A stretch of DNA of 64,000 bases from positions 13,990 to 77,989 of the forward strand of contig JAUIIU010000003.1 in NCBI GenBank assembly GCA_030431695.1, read 5' to 3'. Below, piece after piece: positions 39,160 through 48,820 of the stretch. Each line of letters starts with the position of its first letter. Positions within the stretch are counted from its first letter, which is position 1. The notes below the pieces were generated by a model that saw only the letters and a list, made by a program, of their open reading frames with translations, was not told the origin of the DNA and searched no databases. This DNA comes from Bacteroidia bacterium (GTDB lineage Bacteria; Bacteroidota; Bacteroidia; Flavobacteriales; Flavobacteriaceae). The position numbers and the translations under genes are program-made.

Positions 39160-39550
39160 AAAAGCGAGTTATTATATGGAGAGATCTGCGGCCATCATTG
39201 CCGCGATCATATTATTGCAAACCTTGTTCTTTAAGTTCACCGCTCACCCCGATAGTGTTTACATATTCACAACTATAGGCGGGGAGCCATATACGAGGAT
39301 AGTATCAGGAATTGTGGAATTGATCATAAGTTTTCTGCTATTGTTCTCAAGAACGTCGATATACGGTGCACTACTTGGCGCGCTAATCATGCTAGGAGCC
39401 ATGGGTTCGCACATTTTTTTACTCGGAATTGAAGTGAACGGCGACAATGGAACACTGTTCATTCTAGCCGTAGTTGCATTCTTGTGTTGTTGCTATATTA
39501 TTTATCTGAAATCGAACCAACTCAGCAAACACTTTAAAACCCAAAGATGA
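39152..39550 (+). CDS. DoxX-like small membrane protein
   Basis: A 132-aa protein with four predicted TM helices. It overlaps the upstream gene by 8 nt. Confidence 0.5.
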   Translation: MNRKASYYMERSAAIIAAIILLQTLFFKFTAHPDSVYIFTTIGGEPYTRIVSGIVELIISFLLLFSRTSIYGALLGALIMLGAMGSHIFLLGIEVNGDNGTLFILAVVAFLCCCYIIYLKSNQLSKHFKTQR

Positions 39551-40587
39551 AACGGTTGTTGTCCAAAAGATGGTACATTAAGTTAAGCAATTGGGAATAC
39601 TGGCCTATGTGGATATATTATATTCCCGTGTGGATTCAGCATTTTTGGTTATCCTTGAAGGTAGGTAATTTGTTCTTCTTCTTAAGAACCAATCCCGCCA
39701 TAGACGGATTTATCCTGAGTGATTCCAAATACAGAACCCTTCAGCTCGTCCCCAACGAGTGTAAACCGAAAACAATCTACGTAAAAAAGGATAGTCGGCC
39801 TGGGGACATTCTGGATGAAATCGCCAAATGCGAAATTATATTCCCGGTCATTCTTAAACCCGACATAGGTTTCCGAGGGATCAGTGTAAAGAAAATAGAC
39901 AACGAACAAGAACTCGCAGAATCTCTCAAGAAATTAAAAGTGAACCATATCATACAGGAGTTTGTGGATGATGAACTGGAGATCGGATTGTTTTACTACA
40001 GGTTACCCGACAGTAACAAAGGAGTGATCCCTTCCCTTACCATAAAAAAATTCCTAAGCGTTGCTGGTGACGGCAGTAGTACCCTGGGACAATTGATCGA
40101 AGGAAACCCGAGAGCGGTTCTTCACCAGGAGAAGTTGAGGAAAAGATTCAAGGCCAGATGGAATCATATTCTTCCGGCAAATAAAATCATGATCCTTGAC
40201 CGAATCGGAAATCATAATAAAGGAACTGAGTTCAGGAATGGTAATCATCTTATTGATGAAGAACTCATATCCATTTTTGATGACCTCAGCCACAAAATGG
40301 AAGGATTCTATTTCGGGCGCTTCGACATTAAAACTCCTTCCCTGGAAGCGCTTAAAAGAGATCACAACTACAAGATACTGGAAGTTAACGGGGTTGGTGG
40401 AGAACCAACCCACATCTACGATCCTGGCACTCCGTTTTTCAGTGTTTGGAAGGATCTCTGCGCCGTCTGGCGGGTTGCAGCAAAGATATCGAAGATCAAT
40501 TTCCGAAATGGTGAAGCAAAGCCAACATTCAGGGAAGCCCATGCCAAGTGGTCTTCATATACCCAATATAGGACCATGTTACGCTAA
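39547..40587 (+). CDS. ATP-grasp domain protein
   Basis: It has ATP-grasp-like blocks (FPVILKPDIGFRGISV, IIQEFV, ILEVNGVGGEP). There is a 4-nt overlap with the upstream gene. Confidence 0.6.
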   Translation: MKRLLSKRWYIKLSNWEYWPMWIYYIPVWIQHFWLSLKVGNLFFFLRTNPAIDGFILSDSKYRTLQLVPNECKPKTIYVKKDSRPGDILDEIAKCEIIFPVILKPDIGFRGISVKKIDNEQELAESLKKLKVNHIIQEFVDDELEIGLFYYRLPDSNKGVIPSLTIKKFLSVAGDGSSTLGQLIEGNPRAVLHQEKLRKRFKARWNHILPANKIMILDRIGNHNKGTEFRNGNHLIDEELISIFDDLSHKMEGFYFGRFDIKTPSLEALKRDHNYKILEVNGVGGEPTHIYDPGTPFFSVWKDLCAVWRVAAKISKINFRNGEAKPTFREAHAKWSSYTQYRTMLR

Positions 40588-40691
40588 CTATGGTTAACAG
40601 ATAGATATAACTGTTTTTGACCCAAATTCTTAACTGACATATATCATGGTCTGAATACAAGAGGGGCTTAACTTTGCTAAAAACTCAATTT

Positions 40692-42086
40692 ATGAACCTT
40701 CCCTACGCCGAACCCTACAAGACCAAAATGGTGGAATACATCAAACCTTCCACTCTCGAGGAACGCAAGAAATGGATAGCCGAAGCCCACTATAACCTGT
40801 TTAACTTAACATCGGACAAAGTCTTCATTGACCTGCTCACCGATTCGGGGACAGGGGCCATGAGTGATAAACAATGGGCCGAAATGATGCTGGGCGATGA
40901 AAGCTATGCGGGATCGCAGTCTTACCTAAAGTTAAAGGATGTCGTGGAACGGATCACCGGCTTCCCGTTCTTTCTACCTACTCACCAGGGGCGTGCCGCG
41001 GAGAATGTGTTGTTTTCGGTACTTGTAAAAGAAGGAGATGTCGTCCCCGGCAATGCGCATTTCGACACCACCAAGGGACATATCGAATTCCGTAAGGCTA
41101 CTGCCCTCGACTGTACCATTGATGAAGCTTTCGACACCATCATACATCATCCCTTCAAAGGGAATATCGATACAGCCAAACTTGAGGACGCATTCAGTAA
41201 CAACCCGAATGAAAGGATACCCTTCGTGGTTCTTACCGTGACCTGTAACACCGCGGGAGGGCAACCGGTATCAATGGAGAATATCAAAGAAGTCTCAAGG
41301 ATCTGCAAAAAATACAATACCCCATTGATCATCGATGCTGCACGTTTTGCTGAAAATGCCTATTTCATCAAGATCAGGGAAAAAGGGTATGAAGATAAAT
41401 CCATCAAGGAGATCTCAAGAGAATTGTTCTCCTATGCCGATGGAATGACCATGAGTGCCAAAAAAGACGGCCTCGTAAATATGGGTGGGTTTATAGCCCT
41501 TCGTGATGAAGAACTCTATAAACAAGCTACCGTGTTCAATATCATGTATGAAGGTTTCCTGACCTACGGCGGGATGAACGGACGCGATATGGGTGCCCTT
41601 GCTGTTGGTCTGGACGAAGCAACTGAATTCGATTACCTGGAGACCCGGATAAACCAGGTTGCCTTCCTGGGTGAGCAACTGGTTAAACACGGAATACCGG
41701 TAATTCAGCCTTTTGGCGGTCACGCAATTTTCCTTGATGCGAATAAATTTGTTCCCACAATTCCCCGAGATGAATACCGGGCACAGGCACTGGCTATCGA
41801 ACTCTATATTGAAGGAGGTATCAGGGGTGTTGAAATAGGCACCATCCTGGCCGACAGGGATCCGTTTACGCACAAAAACCGCTATCCCGAACTCGAACTG
41901 GTACGACTCGCCATCCCCCGAAGGACCTACTCACTGAACCATATGCGCTATATCGCCGCAGTATTGAAGAAGATCTACGACACCCGGGACCAGGCGAAAA
42001 GAGGGTATAGAATTGTGGATGAAGCGCCAATCATGCGACATTTTACGGTGAAGTTGGAGAAGATTAGCCCCGAACCAACAAAGTAA
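40692..42086 (+). CDS. beta-eliminating lyase, tryptophanase/tyrosine phenol-lyase family
   Basis: The PLP-lysine block MSAKKDGLVNMGGF and the ~465-aa length fit the family. The ATG at 40692 is preferred over the TTG at 40674. TnaA versus TPL cannot be decided by eye. Confidence 0.85.
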   Translation: MNLPYAEPYKTKMVEYIKPSTLEERKKWIAEAHYNLFNLTSDKVFIDLLTDSGTGAMSDKQWAEMMLGDESYAGSQSYLKLKDVVERITGFPFFLPTHQGRAAENVLFSVLVKEGDVVPGNAHFDTTKGHIEFRKATALDCTIDEAFDTIIHHPFKGNIDTAKLEDAFSNNPNERIPFVVLTVTCNTAGGQPVSMENIKEVSRICKKYNTPLIIDAARFAENAYFIKIREKGYEDKSIKEISRELFSYADGMTMSAKKDGLVNMGGFIALRDEELYKQATVFNIMYEGFLTYGGMNGRDMGALAVGLDEATEFDYLETRINQVAFLGEQLVKHGIPVIQPFGGHAIFLDANKFVPTIPRDEYRAQALAIELYIEGGIRGVEIGTILADRDPFTHKNRYPELELVRLAIPRRTYSLNHMRYIAAVLKKIYDTRDQAKRGYRIVDEAPIMRHFTVKLEKISPEPTK

Positions 42087-42255
42087 ACGGCATCTTCGGT
42101 AACAGGAACTTAGAAATCCGGAACAATTGAGGTGTGTAGCAAATGGGATCGTTCCCAGGGGCTGGCAATGTATTTTAGGTTGAATATGTAACATTTCTCC
42201 AAACATCTAATCTTTAGAGTATTAGTTGTATTCCGATTTCAACCAACCATTTAAC

Positions 42256-43179
42256 ATGGAAAAATTTATATATGCATTCATACATCTTGGACTGCCCCTA
42301 TTATTACTCATTGAATTTATAGTTCGCCGATCCACGACCAAAGCCGGACTGATAGTAAGAAGCTTGTTATACTTTCTTATACTTATATTTTTATTCCAAT
42401 GGGGACAATGGGCTATAGTAGGAAGTTATTATTTGCGGTATGTTGTTTTACTATTTGCCGTCATGATCCTTATTTGGGGATATAAAAGATCGAAAATTAT
42501 ACGCACGCACAAGTCGAAGACTACCTGGAAAAATGTCCTGATCGTGATATCAGGAATTATGGTCGTATTCTTGATTTATATGAATATTTCAGCATTACTT
42601 GGAAAAAGTTATCCTGCGGGTGGTGTGGAACTTGAATTTCCATTGAAGAACGGTGACTATTATATATCCTCCGGCGGAAGTAAAAAGATCATAAATAATC
42701 ATATGAGATCATTTCCAAATGCCCAGGAATTTGCTGTTGACATAAATAAACTAGGGCGGTTAAAGGGCGTTTCAAAGCACTTATTGTCATCGAAAAGGGA
42801 GGATCACCACATTTTCGGGGATACGGTCTATTGCCCTTGTGATGGTGAGATAATATCCACAAAATCGGACATACGGGATAACGAGGCCGGAAGTATGGAC
42901 GTTAGATCTGAAGACGGTACAGGAAACTTTGTGGAAATCAAATGTGATCAGGATGTGATTGTCTTCATTCCACATTTGAAAATGAACTCCATAATGGTTT
43001 CTGATAACACAAGGGTCCCAACCGGCAAACCACTTGGCCTGGTGGGCCTTTCCGGCTTTACACAGGAACCTCATCTTCATCTTCAGGCGGCCAGGTATAA
43101 AACAGATTCAACCTTAGTTGGAATTCCAATAATCTTTAAAGGCAGGACGCTATCGAGAAATGATCTTTTTAAGAATTAG
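42256..43179 (+). CDS. membrane-anchored M23-family peptidase
   Basis: N-terminal TM helices are followed by a C-terminal LytM-type block (GLVGLSGFTQEPHLHLQ). Confidence 0.7.
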   Translation: MEKFIYAFIHLGLPLLLLIEFIVRRSTTKAGLIVRSLLYFLILIFLFQWGQWAIVGSYYLRYVVLLFAVMILIWGYKRSKIIRTHKSKTTWKNVLIVISGIMVVFLIYMNISALLGKSYPAGGVELEFPLKNGDYYISSGGSKKIINNHMRSFPNAQEFAVDINKLGRLKGVSKHLLSSKREDHHIFGDTVYCPCDGEIISTKSDIRDNEAGSMDVRSEDGTGNFVEIKCDQDVIVFIPHLKMNSIMVSDNTRVPTGKPLGLVGLSGFTQEPHLHLQAARYKTDSTLVGIPIIFKGRTLSRNDLFKN

Positions 43180-43275
43180 GTGAAAAAATAGGTCACATAT
43201 GGGTAAAATCCTAGGTAAATTTTATTTAGATTGAATTAAGATAACTACTTTTGCCCTTCTTGATCTACTTCAGCA

Positions 43276-43449
43276 TTGGGTAAAAAGAAAGATTTACAAC
43301 TTAAAAAAGAACGCCTGGTTCGTATTAGAACCAATGGGTGCTGTGTTGCTGGGAAATGTAAGTCCAAATGCTGCAAGAAATACAAGAAATCTGAAGCCAA
43401 ACGCTGTAAAAAATGCCCTTGTTTCGATCTGCTGAAGAAAGTTGCCTAG
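43276..43449 (+). CDS. small Lys/Cys-rich protein (57 aa), not in the ORF track
   Basis: A TTG-initiated frame encodes MGKKKDLQLKKERLVRIRTNGCCVAGKCKSKCCKKYKKSEAKRCKKCPCFDLLKKVA. A TACTTTTG (TAnnTTTG-like) box lies just upstream. Coding status is not proven. Confidence 0.4.
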   Translation: MGKKKDLQLKKERLVRIRTNGCCVAGKCKSKCCKKYKKSEAKRCKKCPCFDLLKKVA

Positions 43450-43459
43450 CATCAGCATA

Positions 43460-44293
43460 TTAAAAGCTTTTTCTACATAAAGAACTTCCTTTGGAGCGCC
43501 ATTTGCCCCATTTCCAAATTATAGATGTCGCGAACAGAAAAACTCCATTAAAGATTAAGAGAAACCCAATAAGTGATGGCCAGGTATCGAAGGTCACCCG
43601 GTCCAATACGACGAGTATACTCTGACCCTCGCCTTGGCTGGATATCAAATGACGTGTGGCCCAATTATTCCCCAAATGGAGTCCAATCGGGAAGAACAAA
43701 GTACGAGATCTTAGTAAGGCTGTTGCAAAGAATAAATGCCCAACTGGAATGCTCATAAGTAAAATTACAAGATGTCCCGAATTGCTAATAACCGACTCAT
43801 CAGCGATATGGATTAAAGTAAAAAGTACTGAGAAAACGATGTTTGCAACAACCACATTAGAAATTGCTATGGTCTTTTTAAAAAGATAGCCTCGAAAAAG
43901 AAGTTCTTCTACAGCAACCGTCGGAAGGATAAAGTATAAAGAATTGATGATTGCCCGATAATCAACAACACTACTAAAAATAATCGTTTCTCCTGTATAA
44001 AAGGCTCTGGCAAAACTTGCTACTAAAAAGACAATAACACCTAAGAAAAGGCCGAAGAATATAAAAGAAACGTTTCTTAGCGTTAGGTTTAATCCGATTG
44101 CTTCCAGCTTTTTTTTATCTAGTTTGAACAGAAACCAGGTTACCAGGAATAATGAGATGGCAGAGACATATGGAAAGTATTGTTTCAAAGTCGGTCCATC
44201 GATCAAGGTACTGAGCATTAATGCCAGGGCAAACAATAGTATAGCGACCACATAACGGGATGTGACAGGAAATTGATTCAGTAAATACATCAT
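43460..44293 (-). CDS. CPBP-family intramembrane protease (CAAX/Abi-like)
   Basis: A polytopic protein with EELLFRGYLF and a downstream His motif (LFTLIH). Confidence 0.75.
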   Translation of the reverse strand: MMYLLNQFPVTSRYVVAILLFALALMLSTLIDGPTLKQYFPYVSAISLFLVTWFLFKLDKKKLEAIGLNLTLRNVSFIFFGLFLGVIVFLVASFARAFYTGETIIFSSVVDYRAIINSLYFILPTVAVEELLFRGYLFKKTIAISNVVVANIVFSVLFTLIHIADESVISNSGHLVILLMSIPVGHLFFATALLRSRTLFFPIGLHLGNNWATRHLISSQGEGQSILVVLDRVTFDTWPSLIGFLLIFNGVFLFATSIIWKWGKWRSKGSSLCRKSF

Positions 44294-45006
44294 TCTATAT
44301 CTCTCTTTTTATCTGAAACTCTTATTATTCCTTTCCGAAGCATCAAATTCAGTAGGATCAATGTCATAACAGTTGGGAATAAACCTCTGAAAAAGGCATA
44401 AAATGACTCTGCGGGTTCTCCGAGGTCGACACGGGAGATTTCAGCAAACAACAACTCACCGTAGGGCTGCGATTCGTAAAAGCAAGACATTAACAAATTA
44501 TAACCCAGGTGCAGTCCAAGACCGAGGTATATTGATTTCGTCTTGTAGAACGCATAGGCCCACACATAGCCAGTGAACCCAGTGATAAGAATAACATAGC
44601 CTATCAGCACCCAACGTTCATTCGTCATGCCGTAGGAAAACACATGGTAGACACCGAAAAAAACTGCCGAGATCAAAATAGCCCATTTTGGCCCCAGGCG
44701 ATGTATGAGAATATAAAGAATTGCTCCTCTGAATATAAGATCTTCGGTTAGTGCCGAACGGAGATGGTATACAAATGCATCAACTAAGGGGCGAATACGA
44801 AAGCCCGAGAACTGCCATTTAATCGATTTGAGTTGGGTCTCGATGAATATCAGCATCAAACAGAACACAACGATCATGACCAGGCCGATCGCGAACTGTA
44901 CAAGGTGGTTTTTACCGGGGAATATCCCGATTGCGTTTAAGTTCTTCTTCTCTATTAGGAACAATAGTCCCCATGAGATTAATAGTATGACTAGTAATCC
45001 GATCAT
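44290..45006 (-). CDS. CPBP-family intramembrane protease (CAAX/Abi-like)
   Basis: A polytopic protein with TEDLIFRGAILY and FGVYH motifs. It has a 4-nt overlap with the downstream paralogue. Confidence 0.75.
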   Translation of the reverse strand: MIGLLVILLISWGLLFLIEKKNLNAIGIFPGKNHLVQFAIGLVMIVVFCLMLIFIETQLKSIKWQFSGFRIRPLVDAFVYHLRSALTEDLIFRGAILYILIHRLGPKWAILISAVFFGVYHVFSYGMTNERWVLIGYVILITGFTGYVWAYAFYKTKSIYLGLGLHLGYNLLMSCFYESQPYGELLFAEISRVDLGEPAESFYAFFRGLFPTVMTLILLNLMLRKGIIRVSDKKRDIE

Positions 45007-45030
45007 TGTATTAAGTATTTAAAAGTTATA

Positions 45031-45597
45031 CTAGGGTCTGGGTTTCAGAAATGGAATTGACAAAGGATAATAACAAGTGCCTGATTCCAGGGCCGATAAA
45101 GTATTTTTAATGCTGAAGAATAACCCTATCAGAAAAATTACCCCGGTCACTATGAAGTTGTATCCCGGGATCGCAAAAAAGAGTAAGAGGGAAAGAACTA
45201 ACAGCAGGCTGATGGTACTATGAAAATTGATCACCGCCCGTCCATGTTGGTCATACTTCTGATTGTCATCCGCTTTGTTGATCCATATTATAATGGGGAA
45301 TAAAAGGTTTGCAAAGGGAATGATCAATCCAAAGAAAGGAGAAGAATGAAGCAAAAGCATCCATTTTCGTTTGACGGGTTCTTCTTTTGGGTCCTGTAAT
45401 ACGATCAGGTCCTCTACCTCCACTTCCAATCCTACAGCCAGGAGCTTAATGGTTTGTAAATGGGGTTGCACTTCTCCTTTTTCTATACGTTGGATAGTGC
45501 GTACACCTACTGTGGTTCTTTCAGCAAGTTCATCCTGGGTATATCCTTTTAATTTGCGCTGGTAAAGTAGATTTTCTTGTAATGTCGGTCGTTTCAT
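45031..45597 (-). CDS. XRE-family HTH regulator fused to a C-terminal membrane domain
   Basis: The N-terminal HTH (LKGYTQDELAERTTVGVRTIQRIEKGE) is followed by about three TM helices. Confidence 0.75.
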   Translation of the reverse strand: MKRPTLQENLLYQRKLKGYTQDELAERTTVGVRTIQRIEKGEVQPHLQTIKLLAVGLEVEVEDLIVLQDPKEEPVKRKWMLLLHSSPFFGLIIPFANLLFPIIIWINKADDNQKYDQHGRAVINFHSTISLLLVLSLLLFFAIPGYNFIVTGVIFLIGLFFSIKNTLSALESGTCYYPLSIPFLKPRP

Positions 45598-45655
45598 TTC
45601 ACGATGATTGATGATGCAAATGTATAACGTACCAATGGTTTTTTACACGCCATTT

Positions 45656-45674
45656 AAATGTCACCTAAATGTCA
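45656..45674. promoter_or_regulatory. direct-repeat operator candidate AAATGTCA x2
   Basis: AAATGTCA occurs at 45656-45663 and 45667-45674, 11 nt apart. The pair lies 59-77 nt upstream of the XRE gene start. Confidence 0.35.
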
Positions 45675-45785
45675 TTTCCTTTGTTTACGGGCTTTTGCAG
45701 CTAAAAGGATGGGGCAGTTTAACGAATTTATAAAAAATATGAATGGAAAGGCAGTAAGGGGAGTTCGAGTACAGCAGTCCTTTAG

Positions 45786-45813
45786 ATAAAAAAATCTGGT
45801 CTTCGACCGGATT
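45786..45813 (-). terminator. orphaned intrinsic terminator next to the tRNA-Asn 3' fragment
   Basis: On the minus strand, AAUCCGGUC-GAA-GACCAGAUU (one mismatch) is followed by U7. It begins 8 nt after the duplicated tRNA 3' segment. Confidence 0.6.
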
Positions 45814-45821
45814 CTGATTAA

Positions 45822-45838
45822 GCTCCTCCAGCTGGACT
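45822..45838. repeat. island boundary repeat (attL-like), displaced tRNA-Asn 3' end
   Basis: GCTCCTCCAGCTGGACT is identical to 61868-61884. Confidence 0.8.
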
Positions 45839-46195
45839 TCCTCCTACTCCGCCTTTGGCGGATTCGGCGGATAAACTTCTCGTCCAGATTTTTCCCATGC
45901 AAAAAGCCCCTCACTTTCGTGAGAGGCCTGTCGTCGCTTCGCTCCCCCTAATATTGTTTTGTCGAACCACTTTCATGAGGAGTTGATGAGGTTTGCCGCA
46001 ATTTATGACAACATAATGCCAACGTTCTAGTGCTCCTGTTTTATCGCAAGATGTCACCAAGCATCGAGTGGATATTCCTGTATTGTCATTAAAAATGTCA
46101 TCTTATGCCAAGTTGGCACTTAAAATCTCTATTGTTTTCACATTTTTAGTCGATTTCAGGTTTGGCAACATAATTGACACTCTAATTCTTAAAAT

Positions 46196-47167
46196 ATGTT
46201 GAATATGGCAACAAATAAACAAGAATACCTACAAACTGTACTCGAAACGCACCGCATGTCACACGTTGAAGATTTGGTGAATAAATTCAAGTCAAAGAGA
46301 GATGAAGTCAAAGACGCCTTAACCTCACATTACGGTTCACAAATCTACAGTCCATTTGATTCTGGCTCCTTCAAAAAACACACCGCTATAAACACCAAGT
46401 TTGATTTAGACGTTGTAGTACCCGTCAAGCGGGACTCATTTGACACACTCGACAAGATGTTCGATAGCTTCTATGACTTCCTCAGTGATGAATTTGGAGA
46501 GAACGCAACAGTAAGGAAACAAACCGTTTCAATCGGAATCATCTTTGAAGAAGACAGCGATGGTGACGTAATTAGTCTGGATATTGTTCCAGGGCGAGAG
46601 CTAAGTCAAGACCAATATTCCAATGATAAAAAGCTCAATCTGTTCGTGAGCAGCGACTATGGTATTTTTTCCAGTAGCACCTATATCCAAACAAATATTC
46701 AAGCCCAAATTGACCACATCAAAGCCAAAGACAACGAACGAAAAATTATTCGTCTATTGAAAATTTGGAACAATAATGACGGCAAAGAATTTAAGTCCTT
46801 CCTCTTGGAACTAATTACCATAAAAGCCTTTGATACTGAAGATATCTCCGGGAATCTATGGGAAAAACTGCAACAAGTGATGACCTATATAAAAGACAAC
46901 GTAACAAATGATAGCTTCAAATTAATTGACCCAGGAAACAGTAACAATGATTTAATGGACACTTTAACAAGTTGGGGTAGAACCAATCTCTCAAGTCGAA
47001 TGGGAACAATGCTTGATAGAATCGAGAGCAATAGCGACAATATAAAAGGGTATTTCCCGACCAATTCAGATTTTGAAGAAGAAGATAAATCCTCTAGCAG
47101 TGGCTACGGAGTAAAAACCGGAGCAGCGGCATTTTCAACACCCCCGGACAACCAACGATTTGGATAG
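46196..47167 (+). CDS. CD-NTase-like nucleotidyltransferase (CBASS cyclase)
   Basis: It has a Pol-beta NTase signature (GSFKKHTAINTKFDLDVVV), a third acidic residue in SLDIVPG, and an LLKIW helix block. The C-terminal tail ends ...NQRFG. Confidence 0.75.
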   Translation: MLNMATNKQEYLQTVLETHRMSHVEDLVNKFKSKRDEVKDALTSHYGSQIYSPFDSGSFKKHTAINTKFDLDVVVPVKRDSFDTLDKMFDSFYDFLSDEFGENATVRKQTVSIGIIFEEDSDGDVISLDIVPGRELSQDQYSNDKKLNLFVSSDYGIFSSSTYIQTNIQAQIDHIKAKDNERKIIRLLKIWNNNDGKEFKSFLLELITIKAFDTEDISGNLWEKLQQVMTYIKDNVTNDSFKLIDPGNSNNDLMDTLTSWGRTNLSSRMGTMLDRIESNSDNIKGYFPTNSDFEEEDKSSSSGYGVKTGAAAFSTPPDNQRFG

Positions 47168-48820
47168 ATGGGATTTTTGCAGGACGTAACTAAGCTCATC
47201 AGCGATATACCTTTTGTTGAAAAGGCATACGACTTTGAAGAAGAAGAACTCCTAATAAAAGGCAAAGTTAAGCTTTCCATTGAGGAGCTGCCACACCCCT
47301 TAGAATTTGATGTCGAAGTCTTTAAATGCTATCCGCTCAAGAATTATGACTCAGAATCAATAAAGTTCAAAAGCTTAGACCTTATTGAATACAAACACGT
47401 GATGGGAGATGGTTCAATTTGCGTTCATACAGCACATCATACGAATTTAAAATCCAAATTGAATTATGATTTCATCTCTCTAAAGAACTGGATTCTTAAA
47501 TACTATGTGGGCAAAGAAAAAGATGACCACTATGAGCATATTATTGTTGACGAAAAGTTAGTTCATAATCAATACTGGTCCTATCAATTTACCGACATAG
47601 AGCAATCATTTGAAAAAGGAGAGTTCGGTGAGGTAACGATAAGCCCTCTTCTTCCCATTGGAACATTTAGAGGTGCCCGTATTTCCAATCACATCATACA
47701 GAGTTTTATTAGAAATAATGGTGAGAAATTAGATTGTAAATGGAGTCAGCTTTATAAACAGTTTAATATTACCAATTCTGGGTGTTATGTTTTTATAGAG
47801 TCTCCACCTGCAAACCATGGAAAATTCATTTATACAAAATGGTCTGATTTGCAGGACCATCTCCCTCTACAATTTTTAACATTCCTACTCGAATTTCAAA
47901 AGAAGTTCATTAAAGATAGAGGGAAAATCTTTCCTTTATTTATTGGATATAATACCGATGATTCTAATATTCACTGGCAAGTAGCTTTACTAGAACTGGG
48001 GAACTTTCCTGTAATGGGTTATAGAATGCCTAGTGGAAAATGGGAAATGATACTTAAGCATGATATGGAAATTGATTGGGGCTTAACAAGGAATTCTTCA
48101 TTCGATTATTTTTTTGGAAGGGGTTCTTTTTCGAAGCACATTACTGAGAAGAAAATACTTATTATTGGTGTTGGTGCAGTCGGCAGTATGGTCGCAAAGA
48201 CTCTCACAAGATGCGGCTGCAAATTCATAGACATTGCTGACAGTGACATCAAAGAACCTGAGAACATTTGTCGTTCTGAATATCAGTTTAATTTCGGTTT
48301 GGGTGATAAGACTGAAGAACTCAGAATTATACTTGGTACTATCTCACCCTTCGTTGAAACCAACGTTGTCGACAAAGACTATTTTCAAGGGATTATTAAA
48401 CTATTCCACAAAGAGAAGGGAAGCAAATTAAATTTTGAGAAAAGCTTAAATGACTACGACTTAGTCTTTGATTGTACTACTGATAACGACTTGATGTACG
48501 CACTAGACTCTCTGGATTTGAAATGTGCTTTAATAAACCTCTCAATAACCAACTTTGCTAATGAGTTGGTCTGTGCATTCTATCCAAACATATATAATTT
48601 CGTAATGAATCAATTCAATAATGTTCTGGATAATGATACAACCGATTTATATAATCCGACTGGTTGCTGGAGTCCAACCTTCAAAGCTTCTTATAATGAC
48701 ATTGCATTGTTGGTGCACAAGGCTTTAAGTCGAATAAATAGCCTCTATGATTCAGGAGCAAGAAAGAATAATTTTGTGATAGAGGGTTCCGGGTCAGACC
48801 TAAAAGTTATCGAGTTTTGA
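47168..48820 (+). CDS. Cap2-like E2/E1 fusion protein
   Basis: The N-terminal half has an E2-like Cys (GDGSICVH). The C-terminal half is ThiF/E1-like (IIGVGAVGSMVAKTL, DSDIKEPENICRSEY) with a candidate catalytic Cys (PTGCWSPTF). It starts right after the cyclase stop. Confidence 0.8.
   Translation: MGFLQDVTKLISDIPFVEKAYDFEEEELLIKGKVKLSIEELPHPLEFDVEVFKCYPLKNYDSESIKFKSLDLIEYKHVMGDGSICVHTAHHTNLKSKLNYDFISLKNWILKYYVGKEKDDHYEHIIVDEKLVHNQYWSYQFTDIEQSFEKGEFGEVTISPLLPIGTFRGARISNHIIQSFIRNNGEKLDCKWSQLYKQFNITNSGCYVFIESPPANHGKFIYTKWSDLQDHLPLQFLTFLLEFQKKFIKDRGKIFPLFIGYNTDDSNIHWQVALLELGNFPVMGYRMPSGKWEMILKHDMEIDWGLTRNSSFDYFFGRGSFSKHITEKKILIIGVGAVGSMVAKTLTRCGCKFIDIADSDIKEPENICRSEYQFNFGLGDKTEELRIILGTISPFVETNVVDKDYFQGIIKLFHKEKGSKLNFEKSLNDYDLVFDCTTDNDLMYALDSLDLKCALINLSITNFANELVCAFYPNIYNFVMNQFNNVLDNDTTDLYNPTGCWSPTFKASYNDIALLVHKALSRINSLYDSGARKNNFVIEGSGSDLKVIEF

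Noticed and set aside
45814-45821. The 8-mer CTGATTAA next to attL also occurs in the tRNA-Asn anticodon arm (61911-61918), suggesting a longer tRNA remnant
   Set aside because: The intervening tRNA sequence is absent at the left site, so the order does not fit a remnant. An 8-mer match is within chance expectation.
45672-45914. 80-aa minus-strand ORF spanning the attL repeat
   Set aside because: The protein is extremely Arg/Ser-rich and low-complexity. The ORF covers the orphan tRNA fragment, its terminator and another hairpin, so the open frames on both strands look like a composition artefact.
46196-47167. Alternative reading of the NTase as a MNT-type antitoxin paired with the nearby HEPN protein
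   Set aside because: It is 323 aa with CD-NTase/OAS-like helical blocks and is translationally chained to E2/E1, JAB and nuclease genes. The HEPN gene is 3.3 kb away on the other strand.
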